From the IMG/VR virus record IMGVR_UViG_3300005805_000326, positions 1 through 29,857 of that record: a stretch of 29,857 nucleotides of DNA, one strand, 5' to 3'. This document shows, one piece after another, positions 20,601-27,535 of the stretch; the stretch's first letter is position 1; each line of letters starts with the position of its first letter. The translations under genes were made by a program, and so were the position numbers. Under the pieces are notes generated by a model. That model worked only from the letters and a program-made list of their open reading frames with translations. It had not been told where the DNA came from and ran no database searches. The DNA comes from a virus. Lineage: Duplodnaviria > Caudoviricetes.

Positions 20601-23084
20601 ACTAACTAATTCAGCACGACCACCATTAGTTACCCAAGCTCCGATACCATCACTTATAACCTGTGTAAAGTCATTACTTACAATAGATTTGTTTCCACCG
20701 TTATGTAAACTTCCATCAATCTTTTGTCCTACCGCAGCATAACCAAATGTTGTACAGTTTTGAACATAACAACTACGGTTTTTAATCCAGACACGCTGAT
20801 CATCCGGACCCCATCCTGGGTCTAAGCTTACATACTTGCCCCCTGTTGGTCTTTGATAAGGCTCATTGCCAATAGGATCTGCTAGATCTCCTACTAATCC
20901 TTTTAGTGTTAAGTTTCTAACACCTGTAGCATCTCTAACATAAAACATATCTTCGGTCATTGAACCCATTACAGCATTTGAATAATATCTTGCTGCATAA
21001 AATGATTTATAATTTCCTGGATATCTTAAATCGTAAATTAATGCCTCAACAAATTTCTGCATATCTCTACGACATTTTTCTTCATCAAATACATAAGTTG
21101 GGCTATTAACTTTTGTATAAGCCACGCCTTCTTCAATTAAAAATGTTTTATTAGCATTTAAGTTATTAGCTGCTTTAACTCTGTTTGAATTAGTAGTAAA
21201 CGTGTTAGTTCCTGTTATACTTGGTAATGTTCCGTCTTGCAAAACTTTAAAATCTATAACAGCTACCATATCATCTAATAAATCTTTGATCAAATTTGCT
21301 TCTGTTATAGTTGCAAGAAAAGCTTTACTTTGCGATTCTGTATTACCAACAGATGCTACAACATCTTCGCCTGTAATCAAATCTTCTGTTATATTTTTTA
21401 TTCTTCCTAATACAGCTCTTGTCTTTGGAGCATCATTAGATAAAGCATCAATCGGTGGGTTAGCCACAACTGTAACTGACCTAAGTTCCTCACCTAAAAT
21501 AGCAGTTCTAGCTGGGACTATGATAGGCAAAATTTCTTCATAGGTTCCAGTATAAACTTTAATAGTAGTATACCCTGAATAACCATCGTCAGCCATTTCG
21601 GTAGCAAACTTAATTGTTTTATAAGGTTTAAAGTAATTTGTTCCTCGTTCCGGATCGTCTGGATCGTCTACACCGTTAGTTCTAACGTGAAAAAATCTTT
21701 GAACATCTCCAAAGCTTTGCCATTCAAATGTTCCTTCTGTGCTGTCTAACACAGTTAAAGTATGATCTTTTGATCCTATAGGAATTCTAACTGGTCCGGC
21801 AGTACTAAAGTCATTTTGTGCTGCATTTAGCAAATTATAGGTTAATAAATCACCGACCTGATCAAGACCGCCTGGTTGATTCTGAATCACCACAGACCAG
21901 TAAGATGATTTCATTAAATCAGTATTTCCTGGAAATGAAAATGGATCAGCATCGTGAGAAATACCAGCACTATAAGCTGAACCTTTATAATATACTACAT
22001 CATTAATACTATAAAATGCATCATGTTCCCAGTTACCTCTAAATTGATTTCCTACAATAACTGGTTGCCAATGGCTTTCATCTAAATAATCTTGTGTGCT
22101 ACCATCGTCAACAGAATCTGCAAGGGCAACATATACCGATCCGCCACGTTTTACTAAGTCACCTTTTTTGTAATTTTGTGTTGAAATAAAATTACCTTTA
22201 AAGTTGTGTCCGTGTACCAGTACAGTCCAGTTCGAGTTTCCACTAGGATATAGTGCAGAATCTCCAGGCTCACTATTAAAATTATTCTGTGAAGCAATAT
22301 AGATATAACTGCTTAGACGAACAACATCTCCCACAGCATAGTATGTCGATGCACTCCAATCTGTTAAAAAATTTGAACCAGCAAATGCAACTGTAAATTT
22401 ATTAGAAGTTATTGCACCTGGTGTTGAGCTTGATGTATGCTCATCAATACATTTAAGAATTGTTCCACCATATTTTACATAGTCATTAAGTCTATATCTT
22501 GTATTAGCAGTATATAAACCTTTGTATTCCGATGTTTTATTAACAATTTTCCAAGTTTCGAAAGTACTGTCGTCTACATTATCACCTGTACCTCCTGGAA
22601 TACCTGCTGCGGATGCTGTATGTTCTTTTATACACTCATAAACAATGCCATTATATCTTATAACATCTCCTGGTTTATATCTTGTTGTTACAGTCCAATC
22701 TGAAATATAGTTATGACCGGCAGCATATATTGTCCAGTAAGCCAAATCACTATCAAGGTATGTTCCTGAAGTATTGTCTGTTATACAAAGATATAAATTT
22801 CCTCCATTAGAAACAATGTCTCCACCGATGTATACAGTACTAGCTGTCCACGCTCCTTTAAAAGTATATCCACCGGTCATTCTTGACCAAGCAGGACTAG
22901 CATATGTATCTTCGGGATTTACTTTAAAAGTTTGTGCTGCATAAAAATCGTTAGATAAGTGAGCTCTTATGCAACTCCAAGTTCCTCCAGCGTAATAAAC
23001 TACATCATCTAATCTATACTGTTGACTTGGTTGCCAGTTGCCTATCCATCTATAGCGCAATCTGCTTATTTTAAACTCTGCCAT
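17673..23084 (-). CDS. Giant multidomain virion fibre/spike protein (1803 aa), paralog of 9066-17633
   Basis: Same MAEFK start, seven CBM5/12-like repeats, a beta-helix with one CxRD repeat (C671, KCRRDMQ, codon 21072-74), propeller-like repeats and the SQVRITGHDFL..GGRVFYTSTDQDGNFR C-terminal region. Confidence 0.8.
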   Translation of the reverse strand: MAEFKISRLRYRWIGNWQPSQQYRLDDVVYYAGGTWSCIRAHLSNDFYAAQTFKVNPEDTYASPAWSRMTGGYTFKGAWTASTVYIGGDIVSNGGNLYLCITDNTSGTYLDSDLAYWTIYAAGHNYISDWTVTTRYKPGDVIRYNGIVYECIKEHTASAAGIPGGTGDNVDDSTFETWKIVNKTSEYKGLYTANTRYRLNDYVKYGGTILKCIDEHTSSSTPGAITSNKFTVAFAGSNFLTDWSASTYYAVGDVVRLSSYIYIASQNNFNSEPGDSALYPSGNSNWTVLVHGHNFKGNFISTQNYKKGDLVKRGGSVYVALADSVDDGSTQDYLDESHWQPVIVGNQFRGNWEHDAFYSINDVVYYKGSAYSAGISHDADPFSFPGNTDLMKSSYWSVVIQNQPGGLDQVGDLLTYNLLNAAQNDFSTAGPVRIPIGSKDHTLTVLDSTEGTFEWQSFGDVQRFFHVRTNGVDDPDDPERGTNYFKPYKTIKFATEMADDGYSGYTTIKVYTGTYEEILPIIVPARTAILGEELRSVTVVANPPIDALSNDAPKTRAVLGRIKNITEDLITGEDVVASVGNTESQSKAFLATITEANLIKDLLDDMVAVIDFKVLQDGTLPSITGTNTFTTNSNRVKAANNLNANKTFLIEEGVAYTKVNSPTYVFDEEKCRRDMQKFVEALIYDLRYPGNYKSFYAARYYSNAVMGSMTEDMFYVRDATGVRNLTLKGLVGDLADPIGNEPYQRPTGGKYVSLDPGWGPDDQRVWIKNRSCYVQNCTTFGYAAVGQKIDGSLHNGGNKSIVSNDFTQVISDGIGAWVTNGGRAELVSVFTYYAQIGMFAEDGGIIRATNGNSSYGTYGAVADGDDPEEEYRYGKINARDQEAIIGQVFCGGANDEILMIEWDNAGQQYSTANYTFVGSGTGAVVTQEEYRDNAVFEVQIRTTGTEYILSGFSAQYGTSTTITLATNDNSTAAELIGCRLIISGGEGSGQYGYIYAYDEPNKIATIYKESDNTAGWDHVIAGTPIRTTLSTASKYKVEPRPIFTDPGFVPEERQLQTAVNWGALCYGETYEEYNGIITDIGLALFNITKTNRTYDVTLASGGENYTVGDILIIDGENIGGESIEHDIKITVTGVSAGVITAFTYKGLGISGKYVLFPSLGDTILHSRNGDLWYYATLPLVGQWKVSVTGDNTFVAINYGTNKAAYSYDGVNWEETNMPSTNNWISAVYGNGLFVAISANQDAAALSANGIGWQASTLPDIGDSAANEWVDIAYGKGKFVAIAKSNNAAAVGTYSSGNMNWVPVVIEVQDSSLQDWSSIAYGNGRFVAISNAGYVSYSFDGLIWYTTSKGMPQTGPNEMYWKKVRYGQGVFLAVCETYDNQATTFCATSPDGITWTSRTLGTSQKWGLIAFGAPDITTGDSTISDNTPLWVVAPDTTSDYINKIRTGARATGRIFVESGGISKVRLWNPGSGYTTAPTLTITDPNNVIDATYQIRLADGVLAQPTFTNRGIYYKTASTEATVVGDGFADVQPTGKYVTLDNLSVIPGPGAQFYIGGRSTYYTAVAVNIETAQDPVTGLFKSRFQISPPLKLSDEIQHDMEVLIKERYSQVRITGHDFLDVGSGNFVETNYPELYIDYNYTKEPQNEVGQLNGGRVFYTSTDQDGNFRAGELFAVEQATGTVTISADFFDLTGLSEIALGGIIVGGTATVVREFSKDNTFTANSNNIVPTQRAIIAYLNNRLNVGGEDLLTASFIAGTVKVGPSSISNTAGFTNTIPVMADFKGAGCYISGSILAQTMFFRSFRP
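21890..23040 (-). repeat. Seven ~50-aa CBM5/12-like protein repeats
   Basis: Repeated W...T.Y..GD.V.Y.G..Y.C...H pattern in the 1803-aa translation; boundaries approximate. Confidence 0.7.
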
Positions 23085-23108
23085 TGTTAATTCCTGGAGT
23101 GATCTTTA

Positions 23109-23116
23109 TATTTATA
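23109..23116 (-). promoter_or_regulatory. T4-type late promoter TATAAATA
   Basis: Exact consensus overlapping the stop of the 119-aa gene, 24 nt upstream of the ATG at 23084. Confidence 0.65.
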
Positions 23117-23471
23117 TACCTGTTGGATATACATATTTTTGATTAATTCTTACTACAAACGTTCCATCCTCGGCGATATAATAGTAGATAGAACGTTTAT
23201 CCCATCTATATTGACTAAAATACAAGTTAGAAAATAAAATCTCGTGTTCTTCGTTTACATTATCTACATAATCTAAGCCGTATTCAAATTCTACATAGTC
23301 GTCGTCTGGAGGTCCTGGATTGTTAATCACAATCGTTTCTCCAGTTTGTAAAAGGTTTTCTCTAGTTAGATATAATTCACCGTCTTGAGTTCTTCTAATA
23401 CCATAAAAATACTTAGGTGAATCGTCGCCTAGTAGTGCGTCATCTGCTCCAAATATATAATTTCCAGACAT
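23112..23471 (-). CDS. Hypothetical acidic, Tyr-rich protein in the structural operon
   Basis: Clean ORF with SD AAGGA, co-oriented and tightly packed; no motif recognised. Confidence 0.65.
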   Translation of the reverse strand: MSGNYIFGADDALLGDDSPKYFYGIRRTQDGELYLTRENLLQTGETIVINNPGPPDDDYVEFEYGLDYVDNVNEEHEILFSNLYFSQYRWDKRSIYYYIAEDGTFVVRINQKYVYPTGI

Positions 23472-23481
23472 TTTTTAATCC

Positions 23482-23811
23482 TTATATAAGTTCTGCGTAG
23501 CTTATCACAGCATCAACGCTTTCAGCAACATCACTTACAATTCTTAAAGAACAATTTTCTGCTAAAATTAGTTTTTCTCCGTTAGTTACTACCTTAATGC
23601 TTGAATTAGGAGGAATAATAATTCCTTTAACAAGATATGCCTCAGTACTTGTAGCATCAACTACTGTAATACTAATGGTTGCGTTATCTTCAGTTGTATT
23701 GGCTAGATTACAACCGATAATCGTAAAACGATTTGTACCGGTTGTTTGTAAGATGTCTGTAGCAGTTGTACCTACATTTTTCACTACTTTTGTTCTAAAA
23801 AAGGTCGCCAT
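23482..23811 (-). CDS. Small putative virion beta-sandwich protein (109 aa)
   Basis: TIIGCNLAN....ATISI.....YLVKGI.IPP.SS....GEKLIL...L.I.SD...VD..IS..E; paralog of 8732-9052 and 24411-24737. Confidence 0.65.
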   Translation of the reverse strand: MATFFRTKVVKNVGTTATDILQTTGTNRFTIIGCNLANTTEDNATISITVVDATSTEAYLVKGIIIPPNSSIKVVTNGEKLILAENCSLRIVSDVAESVDAVISYAELI

Positions 23812-23835
23812 AGTTTATCCAAAAAGCTTATCTTG

Positions 23836-23843
23836 TATTTATT
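23836..23843 (-). promoter_or_regulatory. Near-consensus late promoter AATAAATA
   Basis: 7/8 match in the intergenic gap, 24 nt upstream of the ATG at 23811; spacing is similar to the exact copies. Confidence 0.5.
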
Positions 23844-23868
23844 AAAATTAAAATAATAGCTTTTTTAC

Positions 23869-24411
23869 TTAGCGGTCAAAACCACTAATTACATAAACAT
23901 TTTTTGTAGTAGGAACACTGCTACCAAAATGTATCCAAGCGCCTGCGGCATATCCTATAGGATCCTGTAATACTTCATAATTTATATTAGCTACTTGAAT
24001 TACGTTTTCCACTATTACCAAAATTCTTTCTGCTATCTCTGTAGATGTAAGCCCCGAACCTGATCCTTCTTTTTTGAAATCAAAAGGATTTACAGTTAGA
24101 GGACCAAACATATCTCCTCCAGAGTGAGAAATAAATGATTGAAAAGATATAGAACTAGGTTCCTTAAATTTGACTTTGCGCCATAATGCATTTCCTGTCG
24201 AATCATTTCCTTGATAAGCTTCTAGCTCATAGGTATCTGAGTTATATCTTATCATTCCTTCCACAGGAGTTCCTGGACGATCAGCTGTTCCACCTTTAGG
24301 AATTAATAGGCTGATCTTTCCATCCATAGTTACTCTACCGTCTGTTTCAACGGCCACACTTTGATCTTTTACATTTCTAAAATTAAGCTGACTCTTTTTT
24401 AGAAATTTCAT
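23869..24411 (-). CDS. Virion structural protein (fibre/baseplate connector-like)
   Basis: L.IPKG.TA.RP..P..GMIRYNSDT..LE.Y motif, common in T4-like phage fibre/baseplate-associated proteins; TAATG coupling. Confidence 0.6.
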   Translation of the reverse strand: MKFLKKSQLNFRNVKDQSVAVETDGRVTMDGKISLLIPKGGTADRPGTPVEGMIRYNSDTYELEAYQGNDSTGNALWRKVKFKEPSSISFQSFISHSGGDMFGPLTVNPFDFKKEGSGSGLTSTEIAERILVIVENVIQVANINYEVLQDPIGYAAGAWIHFGSSVPTTKNVYVISGFDR

Positions 24412-24737
24412 TAACTTACCCTAAATGAACTTACAGTTACCACTAATCTATTATTAGCAGATGGGCTTGCCACCAAATAATCACCTGTAGTTAATACTAA
24501 CTTTTCTGTATCAAATGTAAAAGTTTCACCAGCAGGAACAGTCAGACTGTTAATTAATTTCATTGTATTTCCAGTGTCTTGGCTATAAGCTGACAGGTCT
24601 AAGTTGGCATCATTTGAATCAATATTACAAAATATTAAACAGGTTACTGCGTGTTCTTGTACATCGGTTACAAGCGTACCTGGACAAGTAAATATTGTGG
24701 TTCCTCCTGTTAGTAATGCTGCGTTACGAATTGCCAT
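24411..24737 (-). CDS. Small putative virion beta-sandwich protein (108 aa)
   Basis: IFTCP...AVTCLIFCN....LINSLTVPAGETFTFDTEKLVL..GD; SD AAGGA. Confidence 0.65.
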   Translation of the reverse strand: MAIRNAALLTGGTTIFTCPGTLVTDVQEHAVTCLIFCNIDSNDANLDLSAYSQDTGNTMKLINSLTVPAGETFTFDTEKLVLTTGDYLVASPSANNRLVVTVSSFRVS

Positions 24738-24747
24738 TGTCTTGTCC

Positions 24748-25845
24748 TTAAAATATCATACTAAATCCTAGAGCTCTTCGTCTACTTACTAATTCGTCAC
24801 TTGCTGTTGGATTAGAAAAGTATAGACCAGTTTTGCCCATACCTAATGTAGATTTACTATAAAGGACATTATAATTACTATTACTACTTGGAGCCGATGC
24901 TTGGTTATCTAGTTGCAAAACTCCTGAAGTTTCTAAGTCTGAAACTATCCTAACTTTGCCAGTTCCACTAGGATCAATTTCAATATTACGATTAGCTACC
25001 CCTGTTACACTTATGGTAGCATTTGCGCCGCTACTTGAAATTTGAAGATAGTCGGTACTTACAGGAATGCTTAAATTGTTTGAATCAATTTTTGCTCTTT
25101 GAACATTATCAACTTTAAAGTTAATATAACTTGGGTTGTTTAAAGAAAATGGATCAGTTGAGCTAGCATCATATACACGAACTTCTGTATCATCATTCGT
25201 AATATGCGTAAAGTTTGCATAATAAAGAGCAGAAGTTACATAGTCTGCTAGACCTTGTGTATTAACTAAAGCATCTTTAGCTGTATCATTGTTATATAAA
25301 ACAATTTGCCCTGTAGCAGGTGCGTATGGCCCTCCTACGGAATGTCCAGCAGGATAGTCTAAAATGTTTTCTTCGTAATTATTTGTTCCTTGAACAGTTA
25401 CTACACCAGTACCTTGATTTATCAAATATAAGTTATCGTTATTAGCAACTTGAATACTACTAACATACAATCCAGCTCTATTACTTCCTACTAATAGTTC
25501 AAAGGATCCATAGCCTATTCCAAATATAGAGTTTCTATGGTTAATGCTTTCATTAAAATAAAAGCTTGCATTGCCATTTCCTCTTATAATGTCAAAACCG
25601 CCCTTGCCATCACCGGGTAAAATGCTATTGCTATTTCCATCAGCAATAGTTATTTTTTGATCAGTAATATATAGCTGTGTCGACTCAACCTGAGTTTGAG
25701 TTCCATAAACCCAAAGGTCGGCATAGATGTTAACTTTTCCTAAACCAGTAGCTGTTGGTCCTCTAGTGTCTAAATCAATGTCACCAGATTGCTTTACAAC
25801 TACTTTATAGTTGCCATCACTTACATTTAATACTTTTACGGTCAT
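24748..25845 (-). CDS. Virion structural/fibre-like protein (365 aa)
   Basis: G.V.I..DL.V.GT.T.V.ST.L.I.D..IT motif, NI.IDP.GTG.V repeat, and a C-terminal ELVSRRRALGFSMIF typical of phage fibre-associated proteins. Confidence 0.6.
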   Translation of the reverse strand: MTVKVLNVSDGNYKVVVKQSGDIDLDTRGPTATGLGKVNIYADLWVYGTQTQVESTQLYITDQKITIADGNSNSILPGDGKGGFDIIRGNGNASFYFNESINHRNSIFGIGYGSFELLVGSNRAGLYVSSIQVANNDNLYLINQGTGVVTVQGTNNYEENILDYPAGHSVGGPYAPATGQIVLYNNDTAKDALVNTQGLADYVTSALYYANFTHITNDDTEVRVYDASSTDPFSLNNPSYINFKVDNVQRAKIDSNNLSIPVSTDYLQISSSGANATISVTGVANRNIEIDPSGTGKVRIVSDLETSGVLQLDNQASAPSSNSNYNVLYSKSTLGMGKTGLYFSNPTASDELVSRRRALGFSMIF

Positions 25846-25846
25846 A

Positions 25847-26212
25847 TTAGCTGATTAAGGTAAGAACAATCAATGTTTCTGTTGAATCGTCCTGTAAGGT
25901 CCACTTATAATTATTACCGTTAAAAGCATGAGCTTTTCTTGCTCCTAGCTTTCTAATTGCTACAGGAGTGCCACCTGAAGCTATTCCGACTAAGCTTGCA
26001 TCTCCGTTACTTGCTGGAGTAACTGCATCAGTTAAGCTGCAAATTGCTGTAGTAGCACCGTTGTCACTACTGCACTTAAATCTACGAGCACCTTTTTGTT
26101 TTACAATATATCCTTCGTATACTGTACCACCTGTCTTAAACCTAATTGGAAGATGTGGTGTAGCTGCTGATCCGGTTGCACCGAAATATTTCTTATTAAT
26201 TTTATTTGCCAT
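25847..26212 (-). CDS. Basic hypothetical protein directly after the major capsid gene (candidate head decoration/accessory protein)
   Basis: Strong SD AAGGAG, its own candidate promoter, and a GYIVKQKG.RRF motif. Function is inferred from position only. Confidence 0.6.
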   Translation of the reverse strand: MANKINKKYFGATGSAATPHLPIRFKTGGTVYEGYIVKQKGARRFKCSSDNGATTAICSLTDAVTPASNGDASLVGIASGGTPVAIRKLGARKAHAFNGNNYKWTLQDDSTETLIVLTLIS

Positions 26213-26272
26213 TTATTTTTCTCCTTGACGTTCTAGGTCTACGCTTGGCTAGCATAAGTCATTCTGACAAAG

Positions 26273-26280
26273 TATTTAGC
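26273..26280 (-). promoter_or_regulatory. Possible late promoter variant GCTAAATA
   Basis: TAAATA core immediately downstream of the gp23 terminator, upstream of a ~60-nt leader. Confidence 0.45.
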
Positions 26281-26311
26281 AAAAATAACAAAGGGCGCCT
26301 GAGCGCCCTTT
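26281..26311 (-). terminator. Rho-independent terminator after the major capsid gene
   Basis: Minus strand AAAGGGCGC-TCAG-GCGCCCTTT followed by GTTATTTTT, 28 nt after the gp23 stop. Confidence 0.9.
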
Positions 26312-26339
26312 ATTAATCGAACTAGTTCTTCTTTGTTGA

Positions 26340-27509
26340 TTAGAAGAATGTTGGATTACTTACTGTTACTGTTCCAAGATAATCCGCAGCATTACCTAGA
26401 GAGCTTGCAGTATTTGTTAGTTCTACATAACCATAACGTGTCATGAAGCTAACTACTGGCTCAAATGTGCTTGGATCTAGAACAACACCACTGCTCATTA
26501 ATGGAATGTATGGGCAGTAGAATGCAGGTGCATCACTTTCTGTTGAACCTTTGTAACCAATAAGAACTGTGTCATTGGCAGCATATGTGTCAACATAAAT
26601 CTTCATTGCACCATTTAGTGTTCCAGCAAACTTAGTGTTTGTTGGAGCTTCGAACGTACCTTCTGTTGTACGAGCAAATGCACTTGTTGTAGCACTTTGT
26701 AGCATTGTTAATACAGCAGGACTTACAACAGCCCAGTTACCGGCACCACGACGTGTGCGCTGAGCAATTGTATTACTTACGCGGTTAACTGCAACTGCTA
26801 GAGCAGCGTGCTCGTCACCAACGAATGTAGCTGTACCGCTTACAGCAGCTTGATCAAATGCGATTTGGTTTTGTGAACCAGCTAGTGTTTTAAGACTTGC
26901 TAGAATTTCACGATCAATTTCAGCTGTAATTTCTTGAGCTAGAGCAGCCATGATTTCAGCTTCAACATCAATACCGTGTTGTGCCTGCATATCCTGAGCA
27001 GCTTCAAATGTCCAGCGAGCGCTTAACTTACGAGTTTTCGCTTCAACTGTTTGCTTTAAGATCTGAATGCTCATTCTACGACCAGCTTCACCTTCTAGGG
27101 CAGCAGTTACAGCAGCCTTATCGTTAGCAGCGCCGGAGTAGCCTTCAGCAATCTTAAATGGGCTTAGTGCCTCTTCACCAGCTGTTACATCTGTACCACT
27201 TGTGCTGTTAAAGCTATCAGCATAACGTACACGTAGTGTATGGATTTGACCAACTGGACCAGTCATTGGTTGTACACCAACTAACTCGTTAGCAATAACG
27301 GTTGGCATAACGCGACGGATTACTGGAAGAATCACGCGATTTAATGTTGCAACGTTGCCGGCAGAAGTGGCACCAGCACTAGCACTTTCTGCGAGATACT
27401 TGCGAGTATTCTCGAGAGTAGTTGCCATTACTGTCTTTTTTGTGCCTTGTAGGCCTTCTAAAAGAGCCTGTTTAGTCTCTGCCCAACGGCCTGTTAGTAG
27501 TTCTGACAT
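26340..27509 (-). CDS. gp23: Major capsid protein, T4 gp23 family
   Basis: LPVIRRVMP..IA.ELVGVQPM.GP.GQI..LR.RY, VEAKTRKL.A.WT.E.AQD..A.HG.D.E.E, EI..EIDREI and FYCPYIPL...DP.TF.P...F.TRYG; SD AGGAG. Confidence 0.97.
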   Translation of the reverse strand: MSELLTGRWAETKQALLEGLQGTKKTVMATTLENTRKYLAESASAGATSAGNVATLNRVILPVIRRVMPTVIANELVGVQPMTGPVGQIHTLRVRYADSFNSTSGTDVTAGEEALSPFKIAEGYSGAANDKAAVTAALEGEAGRRMSIQILKQTVEAKTRKLSARWTFEAAQDMQAQHGIDVEAEIMAALAQEITAEIDREILASLKTLAGSQNQIAFDQAAVSGTATFVGDEHAALAVAVNRVSNTIAQRTRRGAGNWAVVSPAVLTMLQSATTSAFARTTEGTFEAPTNTKFAGTLNGAMKIYVDTYAANDTVLIGYKGSTESDAPAFYCPYIPLMSSGVVLDPSTFEPVVSFMTRYGYVELTNTASSLGNAADYLGTVTVSNPTFF

Positions 27510-27535
27510 TATATTATCTCCTAATTGTCTTAAAC

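Noticed and set aside
23821-23865. Inverted repeat AAAAAGCT...AGCTTTTT around the candidate promoter
   Set aside because: The arms are short and AT-rich with a ~29-nt spacer; not convincing as a terminator or operator.
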